Source: Polyangiaceae bacterium (lineage in GTDB: Bacteria; Myxococcota_A; Polyangia; Polyangiales; Polyangiaceae). From it: DNA of 64,000 nt. Of the stretch, positions 51,332 to 62,242 are shown in pieces. Every line of letters begins with the position of its first letter. Position 1 is the stretch's first letter. Location of the stretch: the NCBI GenBank assembly GCA_050287085.1, contig JBNKBE010000011.1:128001-192000 (forward strand). The letters run 5' to 3'. Under the pieces are notes generated by a model, which searched no databases, was not told where the DNA came from, and saw nothing but the letters and a program-made list of their open reading frames with translations. The translations under genes and the position numbers were made by a program.

Positions 51332-53500
51332 TCACGCCACCGCGTACTTGCTCTGCCCGTCGCCCCAGTAGCTCTCGTAGACGTGTTCGAAGACCTGACC
51401 GCACTTCTTGTCGTACAGGTCGTCGCTGTAGGCGTCGGGGAGCGCGTCGAGCATGTCTTGGATGCACGCGCGGACTCCGGCTTTGCGGCGCGCTTTTTTG
51501 CGCCAGTCGATGACTAGCTTGTCCGCCTTGAGCTTGCTCAGTAGCTCCTTGGACAGATCTTTCACCAGCTGCCGGTCCTTCTTGGTCAACTCGACGCTCG
51601 GCTTGGTGAGCAGGTCGAAGACCGCGAGCTCTTCCACGCTGAGCCCCTCCTTGACGTGGCGCAGCTCTTCTTGGTTGAGCGACGCGATGAACTCCTTCAG
51701 CTGCTCGAAGGACTCTTGGACGTTTTGGGAGCCGGAATTGTACTCCTCAATGAGCGCCTGCAGCTTCTCGTAGAGGTCTTTGCGCGTCGGGTTCTGACGA
51801 ACAAGCTCGTCTACCTTGCTGGTCGCGGCTTGCTGCAGTGAGTTCAGTGTGGCCCGCTGGCTCTTGGACTTGTCGAAGAACGCCTTGAGCGCGTCGAAGT
51901 CGATTTGGCTCAGGTCGACGCGACGGCTCACCGGCGGCACCGAATCGGAGATGCGCATCGTCGTGGGCTCGGGGATGACATATCCGTGGGCGTCGATGGA
52001 CTCGTCAAGCAAGTGCTCTACTTGCTGCATGACCTGGCTGATGTCTGGGGGCGGTATGTTCGCTTTGATGGCCTGGGCTACGAGCTTGATGACATCGCGG
52101 TCCTTCGCAAAAGGGTCGACACGCTCATCCAAGCCGATGGCTTTGAACAGGCGCTCGATACGTCCGGCCATGGCGAGGTACTTGCGCCGTGTCTCATCCG
52201 GGAAGATAAGTGCCTCCCGCGCTTCCTTCAGTCGAGCGAGCCGTTCGAGCACCGAGCCGTCATGAACGGTGTCGAGCTCGGTGCCATTGTCCTTGGCGAA
52301 CGCTTTCTTGTCGCGGATGAGCTGCTCGAGTTCTGCTACTTGCTCATCCTTGGGCTTGACCGGTGTGTCGCTCGCGCTCGTGCCTCCAGCGCCGCCGTAG
52401 ATGGCGAGTGCCTTTTGCAGATTTCGGAAGACGCCGACATAGTCGACGATGAGTCCGCTCGGCTTGTCCGGGTAAACGCGATTTGCGCGGGCGATGGTCT
52501 GCATCAGCGTGTGGTTGCGCATCGGCTTGTCGAGGTAGATGGTTGAGCAACTCGGCACGTCGAATCCCGTGAGCCACATGGCGCAAACGAACACGATACG
52601 GAGCGGGCCCTCGTCGTCTTTGAACTGGACGTCGATGCTCCCTTTCTTCATCCGCTTGCGATGCGGGGCGATGTCCAGGCCCTTCTCCTTGAAATCCGCC
52701 ACCTCGTTTTGCGACTCGGAGACGACAACAGCCATGTCGGTCTCGCGCATGAACTCAAGCTCGCGCTCGCGAGCCTGGCGCACCTGAGCGGGCGCGACCT
52801 TGAGCGCAGCCAACTCCGCTTCCAGCTTGGCCAGCTTCGCCTTCCAGGCGGCTTGCACCTTGTCGAACATGCGGACAGCGGTCACCTTGTCGATGGCGAT
52901 GACCATGGCCTTGCCGCGACTGTCGCAGTCGCCGAGCCCCATGTAGTGCTCGACGAGGTCCGCTGCGACGGTGTCGAGGCGCTCATCGCGCGTGATGAGG
53001 TGGTACTGGCGCCCGAACTCGCGCTCGACCGCCTCTGTCTGGTCTTCGTCCAGGTCGGCCTTCTCAACGATGTCCGCCAGCTGCTCCGAAAGCTCTTCGT
53101 TGCTGAGCTGGAGTTCTGGAATACGGTTCTCGTAGTAGAGGGGGACGGTGGCGTTGTCCTCGATGGCTTGGCGGAAATTGTAGATGGAAACGTAGTCACC
53201 GAACGTTTCGCGGGTCTGCTCTTCACCGGCCATGAGGGGCGTCCCGGTGAAACCGATGAACGCCGCGTTGGGGAGCGCGTGGCGCAGATTGCGGGCGAAG
53301 GTGTCGTACTGGGAGCGATGGGCTTCGTCCGCAATGACGATGATGTTGCTGCGCTCAGAAAGCGTTGGGTAGCGTTCGCCCTTCCGCTTCGCCTCTTTGT
53401 CGACCTGGAACTTCTGGATGAGCGTGAAGACGTAGCGATGATTCTCGGTGAGCAGCTTCTTGAGGTGGGCGCCGCTCGTGGCCTGGACCCCGACATGACT
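51332..53500 (-). pseudogene. hsdR: Type I restriction endonuclease R subunit, 5'-truncated
   Basis: TLIQKF, DEAHRSQY, FTGTP, MWLTGFDVP, LMQTIARANR, DUF3387-like tail; nuclease domain and Walker A absent; no hsdM/hsdS in window. Confidence 0.88.
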
Positions 53501-53539
53501 GGAGCTTGAATCCGGGGCGAACGACCTGGCCAAGAGGTG

Positions 53540-53960
53540 GCCGACTCAACGTTCACTTCCACATCATCCAGATCGACGGCGTTTACCTCCCCGAAGACGC
53601 AGCGACCGACGCTGGCCCGCTCAGCTTCTACCCCCTGCCAACTCCGAGCCGAACCGAGACGACCCGGGTCGCTGCTCGCATAGCCGATCGCGTGGACGCG
53701 ATACTGAAGAAGCACGGCCGTAGTCTCGACCCCGACGAGGCCGACTCCGACCCCACCGAGCTTCAGCTCGACCATCCCGCTCTGGCTGCCTGCTACAGCG
53801 CGGCGGCCTTGGGTGTCGAGGTCAGCGGAGCAAGGGCGGGGCAGCCAGGACAGAGTCCGCTGCGAGGAGGCTGATGACCAAGCTGGGACTCGCCCCACAC
53901 CCGCCGCCCACGCGACCCGCACCGCCGCTCGGTCAACTGAGCTTGCCGTTCGGCAAGTGA
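53540..53960 (+). mobile_element. IS91-like (HUH) transposase remnant with internal deletion
   Basis: LNVHFHIIQIDGVY..AGQP joined out of frame to TESAARRL..QLSLPFGK*; homologous to the copy at 55868-56880. Confidence 0.75.
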
Positions 53961-54367
53961 ACGGAGCTCAGTTCGAGGCCAACTCTCACCCTCGGACTCA
54001 CCGAGGCCGCCCACTGCTCCATCCTCCGCACGGCTGCTGTAAGCCCGGGCAGGGTTCGTTGCGCAGAAGCCACGAGCCTCAGGCCATCGAGCAAGGTCCC
54101 CAGAACCCACCACGCACGCGGCCCGCGGTCCGAGACTTCCGTTTCCTGCCGTTTTCGTAGGTCGTTTGTCTTTGGCGCCGCCGGAACGAATCACGGAGTC
54201 ACGCCCACAGATTCTCCGGAAGAGCCATAAATCCTAGAATGTGCGCCAACTGGTTCGAGCAGCGGCTATGCGCTATGACGCGAGCTGATCCAACCTATTG
54301 CAAGGCGCTGTAATAGCGCCGACGGCCATGGACCAAGACAAAGTGCAACAAGGAGGGAGATCTAGAG

Positions 54368-55105
54368 ATGGTACGTGAGATGATTGTGGCGTGTGGCAAG
54401 CTAGCGAGCTGTGTGATTTTTCTCGCGGTAGGCTGCGGTGGTGAACACCAAGCAGATTCGCCAACGTCGGGAGCGGCAGACGTGGCGGCTACCACAGAGT
54501 CAGGTGGCATGGGGACGGGTGATGAACAGTCACTCCAGGGCGCAGCGGAAACCGGCACAAAGGAAGTCGACGAGCGTAATTTTTACGCATTATTGCGAGA
54601 GACGCATATCACCTTTCCAGTTGCAGCGAATTATGTCGAACAGACTGAGCGCAGCGAGTTGGTCGTGCGGGGAACGTTTGGCGCGATCGAGGGCAGCAGT
54701 ATCTCTGCCTTTACTGGCGCCGGACGACAACTGAACGTCATGGTCTTGGAGGTCGTGGTCAGCGAAACATTGAAGGGCGATCCGACAGAAAGCGCATACT
54801 TTGGCTACATCGTCTCTGGAGAGGTTTCGCTCGAAATGATGCGGGAGCGCAAACCGGGAGACGAGCTCATCGTCTTTCTGAATGACGTCACTGACCTCGG
54901 TGTTTTCCCGGGCGTTGAGGGGCGTCCCGAAGGGACGCGACTATATGAGATGGCAACGCCTCAAGGCCTTGTAGTCCGAGCAGAGAACGGAAGCGCCCTC
55001 CAGCCCTTGCTAGACGATCATCCTGACGCGATCATCAGCGAGCCATCGTCCTTTGGGGAGGTGGTGCTTGCCGTAAAGGCCGCAACTGAGGAACAGCCTC
55101 CATGA
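54368..55105 (+). CDS. Hypothetical lipoprotein
   Basis: AGGAGG SD, LAVGC lipobox, SELVVRGT..V.ETLKG..GDELIVFL. Confidence 0.65.
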   Translation: MVREMIVACGKLASCVIFLAVGCGGEHQADSPTSGAADVAATTESGGMGTGDEQSLQGAAETGTKEVDERNFYALLRETHITFPVAANYVEQTERSELVVRGTFGAIEGSSISAFTGAGRQLNVMVLEVVVSETLKGDPTESAYFGYIVSGEVSLEMMRERKPGDELIVFLNDVTDLGVFPGVEGRPEGTRLYEMATPQGLVVRAENGSALQPLLDDHPDAIISEPSSFGEVVLAVKAATEEQPP

Positions 55106-55381
55106 GCCGAGCGGCGGCGAGGTAACCCGCGCTCGCCGGCCAGTCGGCTTGGTGGCGTAGATCGTCCGTCACGCCGAGCGCGTCGTGCGCAACGAGGATG
55201 TTCGAACGGTGTTTTTGTGTACGAAGTCGCCGAGGCCCGTCCTGCAAAGCCGCGATGGCAGCCGCGACCGAGCCGATGAGCGGGAGCTTCATTCGCTCAA
55301 AGCGATCGGCTGATCGGTGGAATGCGAATAACGAAAGAAAGCATGAATCAGAAGCGGCGCTGATGGCACTTCATCATTGAA

Positions 55382-55663
55382 GTGTCGAGCACGCAGCCTT
55401 CGATTCAGACGACTCCCGACGAACTCCGCACCTGGCTCGAGGAGTTGGTGCGGCAGCTGCAGTTTGCGCGACTGATAGCGGCGGTGATCGCGCTGGTGAC
55501 GCGCCTGCGGGACCTGAACACGGAGCTGACGAAGCAGCTTGCAAATCTGCCGCGCTCCGAACGCCTTCGGGTATTGGAGGCCCAGTTGCAGTTGCCATGG
55601 TTGAACGCGAACTCCGATCAGGGGCATAGGCAGAATGAACTGTCAAAACCGGCAAGCTGGTGA
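55382..55663 (+). mobile_element. IS66-family transposase N-terminal fragment (tentative)
   Basis: Coiled coil LVTRLRDLNTELTKQLA..RSERL..LEAQLQL typical of TnpC N-termini; rest absent. Confidence 0.5.
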
Positions 55664-55867
55664 GCACCTGTGCAGGGGAAAGGGGGTGGCAAGGGCGACT
55701 CGGACCCATCACTCCGCAGTTCGGCCGTCACGATCAGCTCGAGGTCAGGCCTCCCGCAGCCCCCACGAACTCTCGTGAGGCACATTGCGCCCCCGAAGCA
55801 CACAGCGGATGGAGCCGTGCCCCACGCCGAACACACCGACGTCGCGAGTTGGCCGCAGAAGTCGCTT

Positions 55868-56880
55868 TCAATTGTCGAACGGCAACCCCAACTGACCAAG
55901 CGGAGCTTGGTGTGGCCGCGGGGGCGGTTGCGGAGCATAGCCGAGCTGCACCATCAGTCGGTGGGCGGCCGCTTCAGTCTTCGCAACCTCGACCCAACGC
56001 ATACAGCCGCCGCACTTCACACAAATCTCAACGTCAGCGCGAAACACATGCGCGAGCATCCACGCCCAGCGATACCTGTTTGTGTTAGATGAACATCCAT
56101 CTTCTTCCCCCAGAAGCTCCAGCTGGTCGCCTGCCGCTGGAGCTGGCCGATGACATGTGGTATCCTCCGGCGGCTCAGGCACGACGCGAGACCGGTGAGA
56201 GGAATGGCTCGAGAGGACGCCAAAATACCTGACCATGTGGAAGCGCGGAGGCGCCACTGCAGCGCAAAGACGCACCAGCAAATCTTCCGGCTGCAGCACG
56301 AGGCCGACGCTGCCGTCCTTCCACTGCTTCTTGAAGCCCAAGAAGAGCGTATCGTCATCACGGCGGGTGAGCCGCTCCTGTGCGATTGGAGGGCGCGTGA
56401 TGTACCTCGCCAGCCGCTCTATTTGTTTTCTGTCGATACCATCGACCCATTGCTTGCCGTACAGATTGACCCCACGAACCTCTGCGACAGGCTCGTCGGG
56501 CAAGGGTTGACGCTCCGGCTTCTGCTCGACATCAGTGAGCATGAGCCGAAGCTGCGGCTGCCCTGCCCTGTCGCCACTGATGCCAACTCCGAGTGTGGCG
56601 GCGTCGTAGCAGACAGCCAGAGCAGGATGCTCCAATTGCACTTGGGTTGGCTCCGCGTCGGCTTCATCGCGATCGAGACTACGCCCGTGCTTTTCGAGGA
56701 TCGCATCGACACGGTCAGCGATGCGGCGAGCGATGTCTTCTGTTTCTCCACGCGTGGGTGGCGGCAGAGCGTGAAACGTGAGCTCGCCGTGATGGTCATC
56801 CGGGTACTGCCGAACGTAAACACCGTCCAAGCTCAAAATATGGAAGTGTGTGTTGAGTCTGATCGCGGAGTCGACTCGCT
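55868..56880 (-). mobile_element. IS91-like transposase, 5'-truncated
   Basis: QRVDSAIRLNTHFHILSLDGVY, ERLARYITRPP, WKDG, PPRFHMVRYFGVL, CVKCGG. Confidence 0.85.
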
Positions 56881-57695
56881 GGGAGATCCCAAAAACCAGG
56901 GTCTCCCATCCTTCCATGCGTGCTCGACACAATCGAGGCGTGTCGGCACATGTTGTCGTACGAGAAGAGGAACCGGCCAATCTTGCCAACGGCTTCGCCG
57001 CGCACGACGAGCCAAGGACAATTGCGACCTGGTTCCCTTCAACCTTGGAAGTTGCGGCCTCCGGTAGAGACGGCTCTGAGGCGCCTACGCAGCCTCTGAA
57101 GCTGGACGCAAACGGTCGGGCTCGTAGACTGAGCCGTCGCGCAGCACGTAGTACGCGATCCGCAGGATGTGGCGGGCCGCTGCTACGACAGCGATCTTGC
57201 GCCGTGCGCGGCTCGTGTGGACGCGCTCGGCGAGCGCTTTGAGCGGCTGTGCCTCTTTGGTCTGGCAGCGAGATAGCAGGACGTGGCCGCACTGCACCAA
57301 GCAACGGCGCAGCTGGCCGGTTCCCTCCTTCGTGATGCGACCAGAAAGCAACACATCGCCGCTCTGATGCGTTGATGGGACAAGCCCCGCGTAGGAGGTT
57401 AGCAGCCGGGCGTTTCTGAAGCGCGAGATGTCTCCCACCCAGGCGTAGATCATGATTGCGGTCAAGTTGCCGATACCGGGGATGGTCTTCAGGCGCTCGA
57501 TCGCATCGATCGGCTTGCCAACTTCGAATAGACGTTTCTCCACGTCGCGCAGTTCCTTTTCGGCGCTCTGTTCCATTCGGATACAGAGCTCCAGTGCTTG
57601 CGCCAGATACTCGTCGAGGCCATCGGGATTCGACACTGCGGTCTCGAGCAGCCGCGTCACCGAACGCGTGATTTGGGTCTTGTAGCCCGCGCCTT
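56881..57695 (-). mobile_element. IS110-family remnant: transposase C-terminal domain (57085 to about 57695) plus downstream non-coding end
   Basis: LKTIPGIG, GDISRF, SYAGLVP..HQSG, ITKEG..LR, AVVAAAR; RuvC-like DEDD domain missing. Confidence 0.85.
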
Positions 57696-57699
57696 AAAG

Positions 57700-58512
57700 G
57701 TGGGCTCTGGCTGTTGCCAACCAGCGCCGTCGTTCCACTAACAGAGCCTGCCGCTGTGACAGCAAACTTCGCAATAGCCGAACGGTTCCCGTCGGAATGT
57801 AGACTGGATGCGGAGTTGGCCACGGCCACGGGCCGTTCCCGCCACAGCGTCGGGCGCTGGCTGTCGGGACGCACGCAACCGCGGTTCCACGAGTTCCTGC
57901 AGCTGATCGAAGCGACAACTGGACGTGTCCACGATTGGGTGGCGGAACTGCTGCCAATCGAGTTGGTGCCCAGCTTGCTATCGGCTCATCGACAGGCGCA
58001 AGCTGCTCGCGACATCGCCTTCGAACACCCTTGGGCCGAGGCTGTGCTGAGAGTGCTGGAAACGGCTCACTACAGGCACGCGCCGGAAATCACCCACTCG
58101 ACCATCGCGGCTTGGCTTGGGATCAAACAGGAGCAGCTCGAAGCCGCCTTGACCGGGCTGGAGGATGCAGGGATCCTCACCCGCAAGGATGGCAAGTACG
58201 AAGCCGTGAGAGAGCTGACGGTCGACAACGCGGGGAAGCGATCACTCGCTGACAACCTTGCGTCGTCACTGGCTGCAGGTGGCGTTGGACCGAGTCGAGG
58301 GTGAGCACGAGGACTGGTTTGCGTACAATGTCTTCACTTGCAGTCACGCGGATCTGAGGCGCATCCAGAGCGAGCTCCAGCGGATCTATCGCGACTCGCG
58401 TGCCGTCATCGCCAAGTCCGAGCCAACGGAAGTCGCTGCTCTGATGTTGATGCAACTCGTTCGCTGGTCGCCCCATGAGGCAGGCGAAAAAAGAAAAGGG
58501 CCCACGAGCTAG
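57700..58512 (+). pseudogene. HTH/DUF4423-like regulator, 5'-truncated and frameshifted near 58240
   Basis: SRHSVGRWLSGRTQP HTH, winged helix, second frame RRHWLQVALDR..FAYNVF. Confidence 0.6.
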
Positions 58513-58565
58513 CGTCGAGATACGTCGCTCGAGGGCCCTGTGACGAGTCTTCCGTCAGATACCCT

Positions 58566-59252
58566 CTAGAGGTACTGAGAGCAGAACTCGTCCTCGACGT
58601 TCACCACGCGATGAGTCAACAACGCGGGATCGTCCTGCTTGCCACCGTCATTGGCCCGAAGATCGGCTACGTCGGGGCTGTCTAGGACGCTGCAGGAGAC
58701 TCCCAGATTCCCAGTGAACTGAATATCGATGGCTTTGCCATCGACCAGGACATGGGCCGAACCAGAGAGGCGACCCATCTCGTGGCTCTCTATCACCAAT
58801 GTTCCGGACTCGGCGAAGACTTCGGTTTCGCCGCGTCTCAAGCCGATACTGACGTCTCTGGATAGCTCATATTCACCCAGCAGCGAGAACCCTCTTGGCT
58901 GAACCCTGGGTAGCTGTAGAGTGAGGGTGACGCGATCGACGTTGGAAGCGTCCGTCACCTGGATTGAGAGTTCGGCTGAGTCGGTTTCCCCTAGCTCCTC
59001 GCGTATCTCGAGTAAGGCGCTCCAGTTGGAAAGCTCGGCTCGAGCGCCGTCTTCTAGGACGACAGCGCCACCGCGAGACACCTTTGATTTTGCGCCGAGC
59101 TCTTCTGTGGGAGCAGCTGGCCCCGATCCGCTGGACGTGGAGGAACGCTCCTCGCCGACGGTAGAGGGGCGCTCACCCTGGGTAGCACCATTGCACGCGA
59201 CGACGAGTGCAACGAACCCCGCCGCACTGAGTAGAGTAATTCTCTTCATCAT
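58566..59252 (-). CDS. Hypothetical lipoprotein
   Basis: MMKR..LVVAC lipobox; 3 bp from the upstream protease stop. Confidence 0.65.
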   Translation of the reverse strand: MMKRITLLSAAGFVALVVACNGATQGERPSTVGEERSSTSSGSGPAAPTEELGAKSKVSRGGAVVLEDGARAELSNWSALLEIREELGETDSAELSIQVTDASNVDRVTLTLQLPRVQPRGFSLLGEYELSRDVSIGLRRGETEVFAESGTLVIESHEMGRLSGSAHVLVDGKAIDIQFTGNLGVSCSVLDSPDVADLRANDGGKQDDPALLTHRVVNVEDEFCSQYL

Positions 59253-59255
59253 TTT

Positions 59256-60338
59256 TCAGCACCCCGACGGGACGGTGACGCGTAGCCCCGTCTCTGTTGC
59301 ATTGTTGAATTCATCGTCCTCAGTGAACTCGTCTCCGGGATCGATGATAACGCCCACGTGATACGTTCCTGGGGACAGCGAGGGTACGGTGACGGTCCAG
59401 CTGGTGGTTCCAAAGTACCCGCTGTCCATCCACGACGTGCCAGTGGCAGCCAGCACATCGCCCGTGCTGATGTAGTCGTCGTTCGAGAACACGATGTGTA
59501 CGTCGGCGTGATTGGACGACTCGATGTTCTTCTTGCCTAGGTTCGCAAGAGAGAACTTGACGCTGGTGGTCTGCCCGGGGCACTTCTGGCGGTTCGTTCC
59601 GTTGTAGTTCAGACTGATCCCGCTCGAGGTGAACTGCCAAGGGCTCACCGTCGGATCAACGTTTCCTGAGTTGCTGGTGCCGTGATAGCGGACAGCGAAC
59701 AGTGTTTCATCACCCCAAATGGTTTCGGGATGACGACCCAAAGAACTGGTCGTTGCCCCACTCCGACGTCCAACTTTGCCACAAGTGTTGGACGTGCACA
59801 TGACGGCCATGACGTCGTCTTCGTGGTCGGCGCCAAGTACGTGCCCAAGCTCGTGGATCAGCGTCTCACGCGCCCCCAGACGCGTGTCGAGTTCCTCCAA
59901 GAACCCGAGGGGGAGTGTTTGGTCGATCACGACGCTGGCCCCGCTCAGGGCCCCATTGTTGGTGCAGTCCGTTGGCCCAAACTTCGACGCCACGCCGGCA
60001 TTGCCGTCGAGCACCGCATCGCTTGCGGGGACGAGTCCGATGTCCCAGACACCGTTTGAACCGGGGCCCACCGAACAGTTGCTGTCGCCACCGGTAGAAG
60101 AGAAGCGATCTGACATGCCGTATAGGTCATTCCAGTCGTGCATTGCCTCGTCGATGACTGTCTGTTCAGCGCTGCCAGCGGGTGTGTCGCAACGGTCGAC
60201 TGCGAACGTGACGTTGCTGTGGAGTCCGCGGTATATCTCGCCGTTGCATTGGAGCGCCTCGTAGGCGGCGACCCTGCCTACGCCGAGCGCGACCACGAAA
60301 ATCGCTGGGATAGCCCCCAGTACTGTCCTGCTATTCAT
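59256..60338 (-). CDS. Secreted matrixin-like zinc metalloprotease with C-terminal CARDB/Ig-like domain
   Basis: AGGAGG SD, HELGHVLGADH, AVM Met-turn, PGTYHVGVIIDP..E.DEFNN. Confidence 0.82.
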   Translation of the reverse strand: MNSRTVLGAIPAIFVVALGVGRVAAYEALQCNGEIYRGLHSNVTFAVDRCDTPAGSAEQTVIDEAMHDWNDLYGMSDRFSSTGGDSNCSVGPGSNGVWDIGLVPASDAVLDGNAGVASKFGPTDCTNNGALSGASVVIDQTLPLGFLEELDTRLGARETLIHELGHVLGADHEDDVMAVMCTSNTCGKVGRRSGATTSSLGRHPETIWGDETLFAVRYHGTSNSGNVDPTVSPWQFTSSGISLNYNGTNRQKCPGQTTSVKFSLANLGKKNIESSNHADVHIVFSNDDYISTGDVLAATGTSWMDSGYFGTTSWTVTVPSLSPGTYHVGVIIDPGDEFTEDDEFNNATETGLRVTVPSGC

Positions 60339-61134
60339 CTGACTCCTCCTTGCCAGGCGCTTCATCGCTTCCACCCTGCTGTTCGGATTCTTGCCCTCGC
60401 TCTTGGGTACTCTGCGGCGTCCTGCTGCTGTCGTTCGGCGGTAGGGATAGTGGTGCTATCGGAAACACGCCCGGTGCCCGGCTGGTGTGCGAGGCCTGCG
60501 CTCTCAACAGAGCCAGCACTGCCGATGCGCCGGGCAAAGGTCCGTCTTGTGCGAAGGACGACACTGTCTCAGGTACGCGCGCGGTACCTCGCTCGGCTCT
60601 TGCTTTCTCGGCCCTCTCCTCGAGGGAGTCCGCAATCTTCGAGCCGCGGAGCAGACCGAAGGTGGGGCTCGCCTTGATGATTCGTCCGCTCATGTCCACG
60701 GCGACGTCGTTTCCGCGTACGGTCGTGAGCCTGAGCAGCGCGTCGCGCTCAGGAAGTAGCGGGCTAACATAGTAGTCCGACCGAAGAGTGAATATATAGC
60801 GATCTCCGACGACTAGCGCCGGGACATTGCTGAATGTTTGGCGTTGACCGTCTGGCGTTACCCCGCCGCGAAACACCAAGTCGACTGTCTCACCTGAGGG
60901 TTCCTGACCCCGCACTTTTTCGACCTGTCCAAGGTGGACAACTGTGAGCGGATTGTCGGGATCGTCACTCGCCCGTTCGTCGATTGACACGACGGTTCCA
61001 ACGACGACGGCGTCGCTCCGTTGTACCATCGTTGAACTGTCTGCGGGTCGTGGCTTCCAGGCGAAGGCCGCTGCACTCAGCGTGGCTAGTGATACCGCTA
61101 GCAGCCCACCACTCCATTTGTGTCGTACTCCCAT
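60331..61134 (-). CDS. Secreted hypothetical protein upstream of the metalloprotease
   Basis: AAGGAG SD, signal peptide AAFA, SDAVVVGTV..GG..P.L.VGDRY.F.L. Confidence 0.65.
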   Translation of the reverse strand: MGVRHKWSGGLLAVSLATLSAAAFAWKPRPADSSTMVQRSDAVVVGTVVSIDERASDDPDNPLTVVHLGQVEKVRGQEPSGETVDLVFRGGVTPDGQRQTFSNVPALVVGDRYIFTLRSDYYVSPLLPERDALLRLTTVRGNDVAVDMSGRIIKASPTFGLLRGSKIADSLEERAEKARAERGTARVPETVSSFAQDGPLPGASAVLALLRAQASHTSRAPGVFPIAPLSLPPNDSSRTPQSTQERGQESEQQGGSDEAPGKEESDE

Positions 61135-61220
61135 TGCATCTCCTTGCACTCCCCCGCTCTGTGCGCCGGAGTCTCGCTCCTAGCAATCCTGGATTGGTAC
61201 CGTCAACTACCGTGGGGTCC

Positions 61221-61906
61221 CGGAACGTGTCAACGAGTTGGAGACAGACGGTTGTTGAATATAGGCGGCGTCCTCCGTGTACGGACCGCCTGTCACGGCG
61301 CGTGCATCGCGCGAGCCGTCTGAGGTCACGCCCGCACGCCCCGCGCCAGGCTCAGGTTTGTTGATCCAGACGGCGCGTTCGGGGCGTCGTGCCAGCGGAC
61401 GGCCCAGCGGAAACCGTTCAGGATGGGCGACGAAGGCCTTGTCGAGCACACTCTGGCGCTCGATGACGCGCTGTTCGGTACGACCGTAGTGTACATCTGA
61501 AGGCGTCAGAAGCTCAAGTCCGCTGTGGTGGTGCTCATTATTGTACCAGGAGAAGAAGTCTTGGCTGAAGGCACGAGCATCCTCGATGCAGCCGAAGCGA
61601 GTTGGAAAATCAGGGCGATACTTCATCGTCTTGAAGTGCGACTCACTGAATGGGTTATCGTCCGACACGTGCGGCCGAGAATGGGTCCTCGTTACCCCGA
61701 GGTCCGCAAGTAGAAATGCCACGCACTTCGACTTCATCGATGACCCCCTGTCAGCATGAAGCGTGAGTTGCTCTGGCTTTACGCCTTGGCGCAGATAGGT
61801 TTCGGAGATGAGCTTACGTGCCAGGGTCGCGCTTTCGCGATGCGCGACCATCCAGCCAACCACGTAGCGACTGAACACGTCCAGAATCACGTAGAGGTAG
61901 AAGTAG
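61221..61906 (-). mobile_element. IS3-family transposase (integrase core) 3' fragment with right end
   Basis: YLYVILDVFSRYVVGW, HADRGS, DNPFSESHFKTMK, YNNEHHHSGL; probable terminal repeat TGTCTCCAACTCGTTGACACGTTCCG at 61221-61246. Confidence 0.85.
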
Positions 61907-61939
61907 CTCCACTCCCCAGCCGCACATGGCGGCGGGTTT

Positions 61940-62173
61940 ATGCTGACTGACCCGTGGGAGCCTGGGGCGAGCGACAGCGCGTTCGAAAGCGGCGCGGAAA
62001 TAGAAGACCCGTGGGCGGAGCCGCCGATCAGTGAGTTAGCGCTATTAACAGATCCCTGGCCCGCAAGACCGGAGCCTGAGGTGAACGCAGAGCACTCGGC
62101 GGCTGACTTGAACGTTCCAGCGGATGTGGATGCACCGTGGCGCAGCGCTGAGCCACTGCTGCCTGCTCCTTAG
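61940..62173 (+). pseudogene. Acidic peptide with repeated DPW motifs, probably the tail of a gene truncated by IS3
   Basis: DPW x3 plus DAPW in 77 aa, directly after the IS3 break. Confidence 0.35.
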
Positions 62174-62242
62174 ATTGGTCTAGGTGCGGAAGTGGGGGAC
62201 GGCTGCGGGGTCGTGCATTAGGTCCAGCACGCCCCAGTCGCG

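Noticed and set aside
52882..53922. 346-aa minus-strand ORF and other long overlapping ORFs
   Set aside because: Alternate-frame or antisense shadows expected at high GC, with no motifs
54250..54275. oriIS end of the first IS91-like remnant (GGTTCGAG..CTATGC)
   Set aside because: Only loosely like ISCR-type ends, and the second copy offers no matching sequence for confirmation
55868..57874. 668-aa ORF as a single gene
   Set aside because: Chance in-frame join of the IS91-like fragment with off-frame IS110 and antisense sequence
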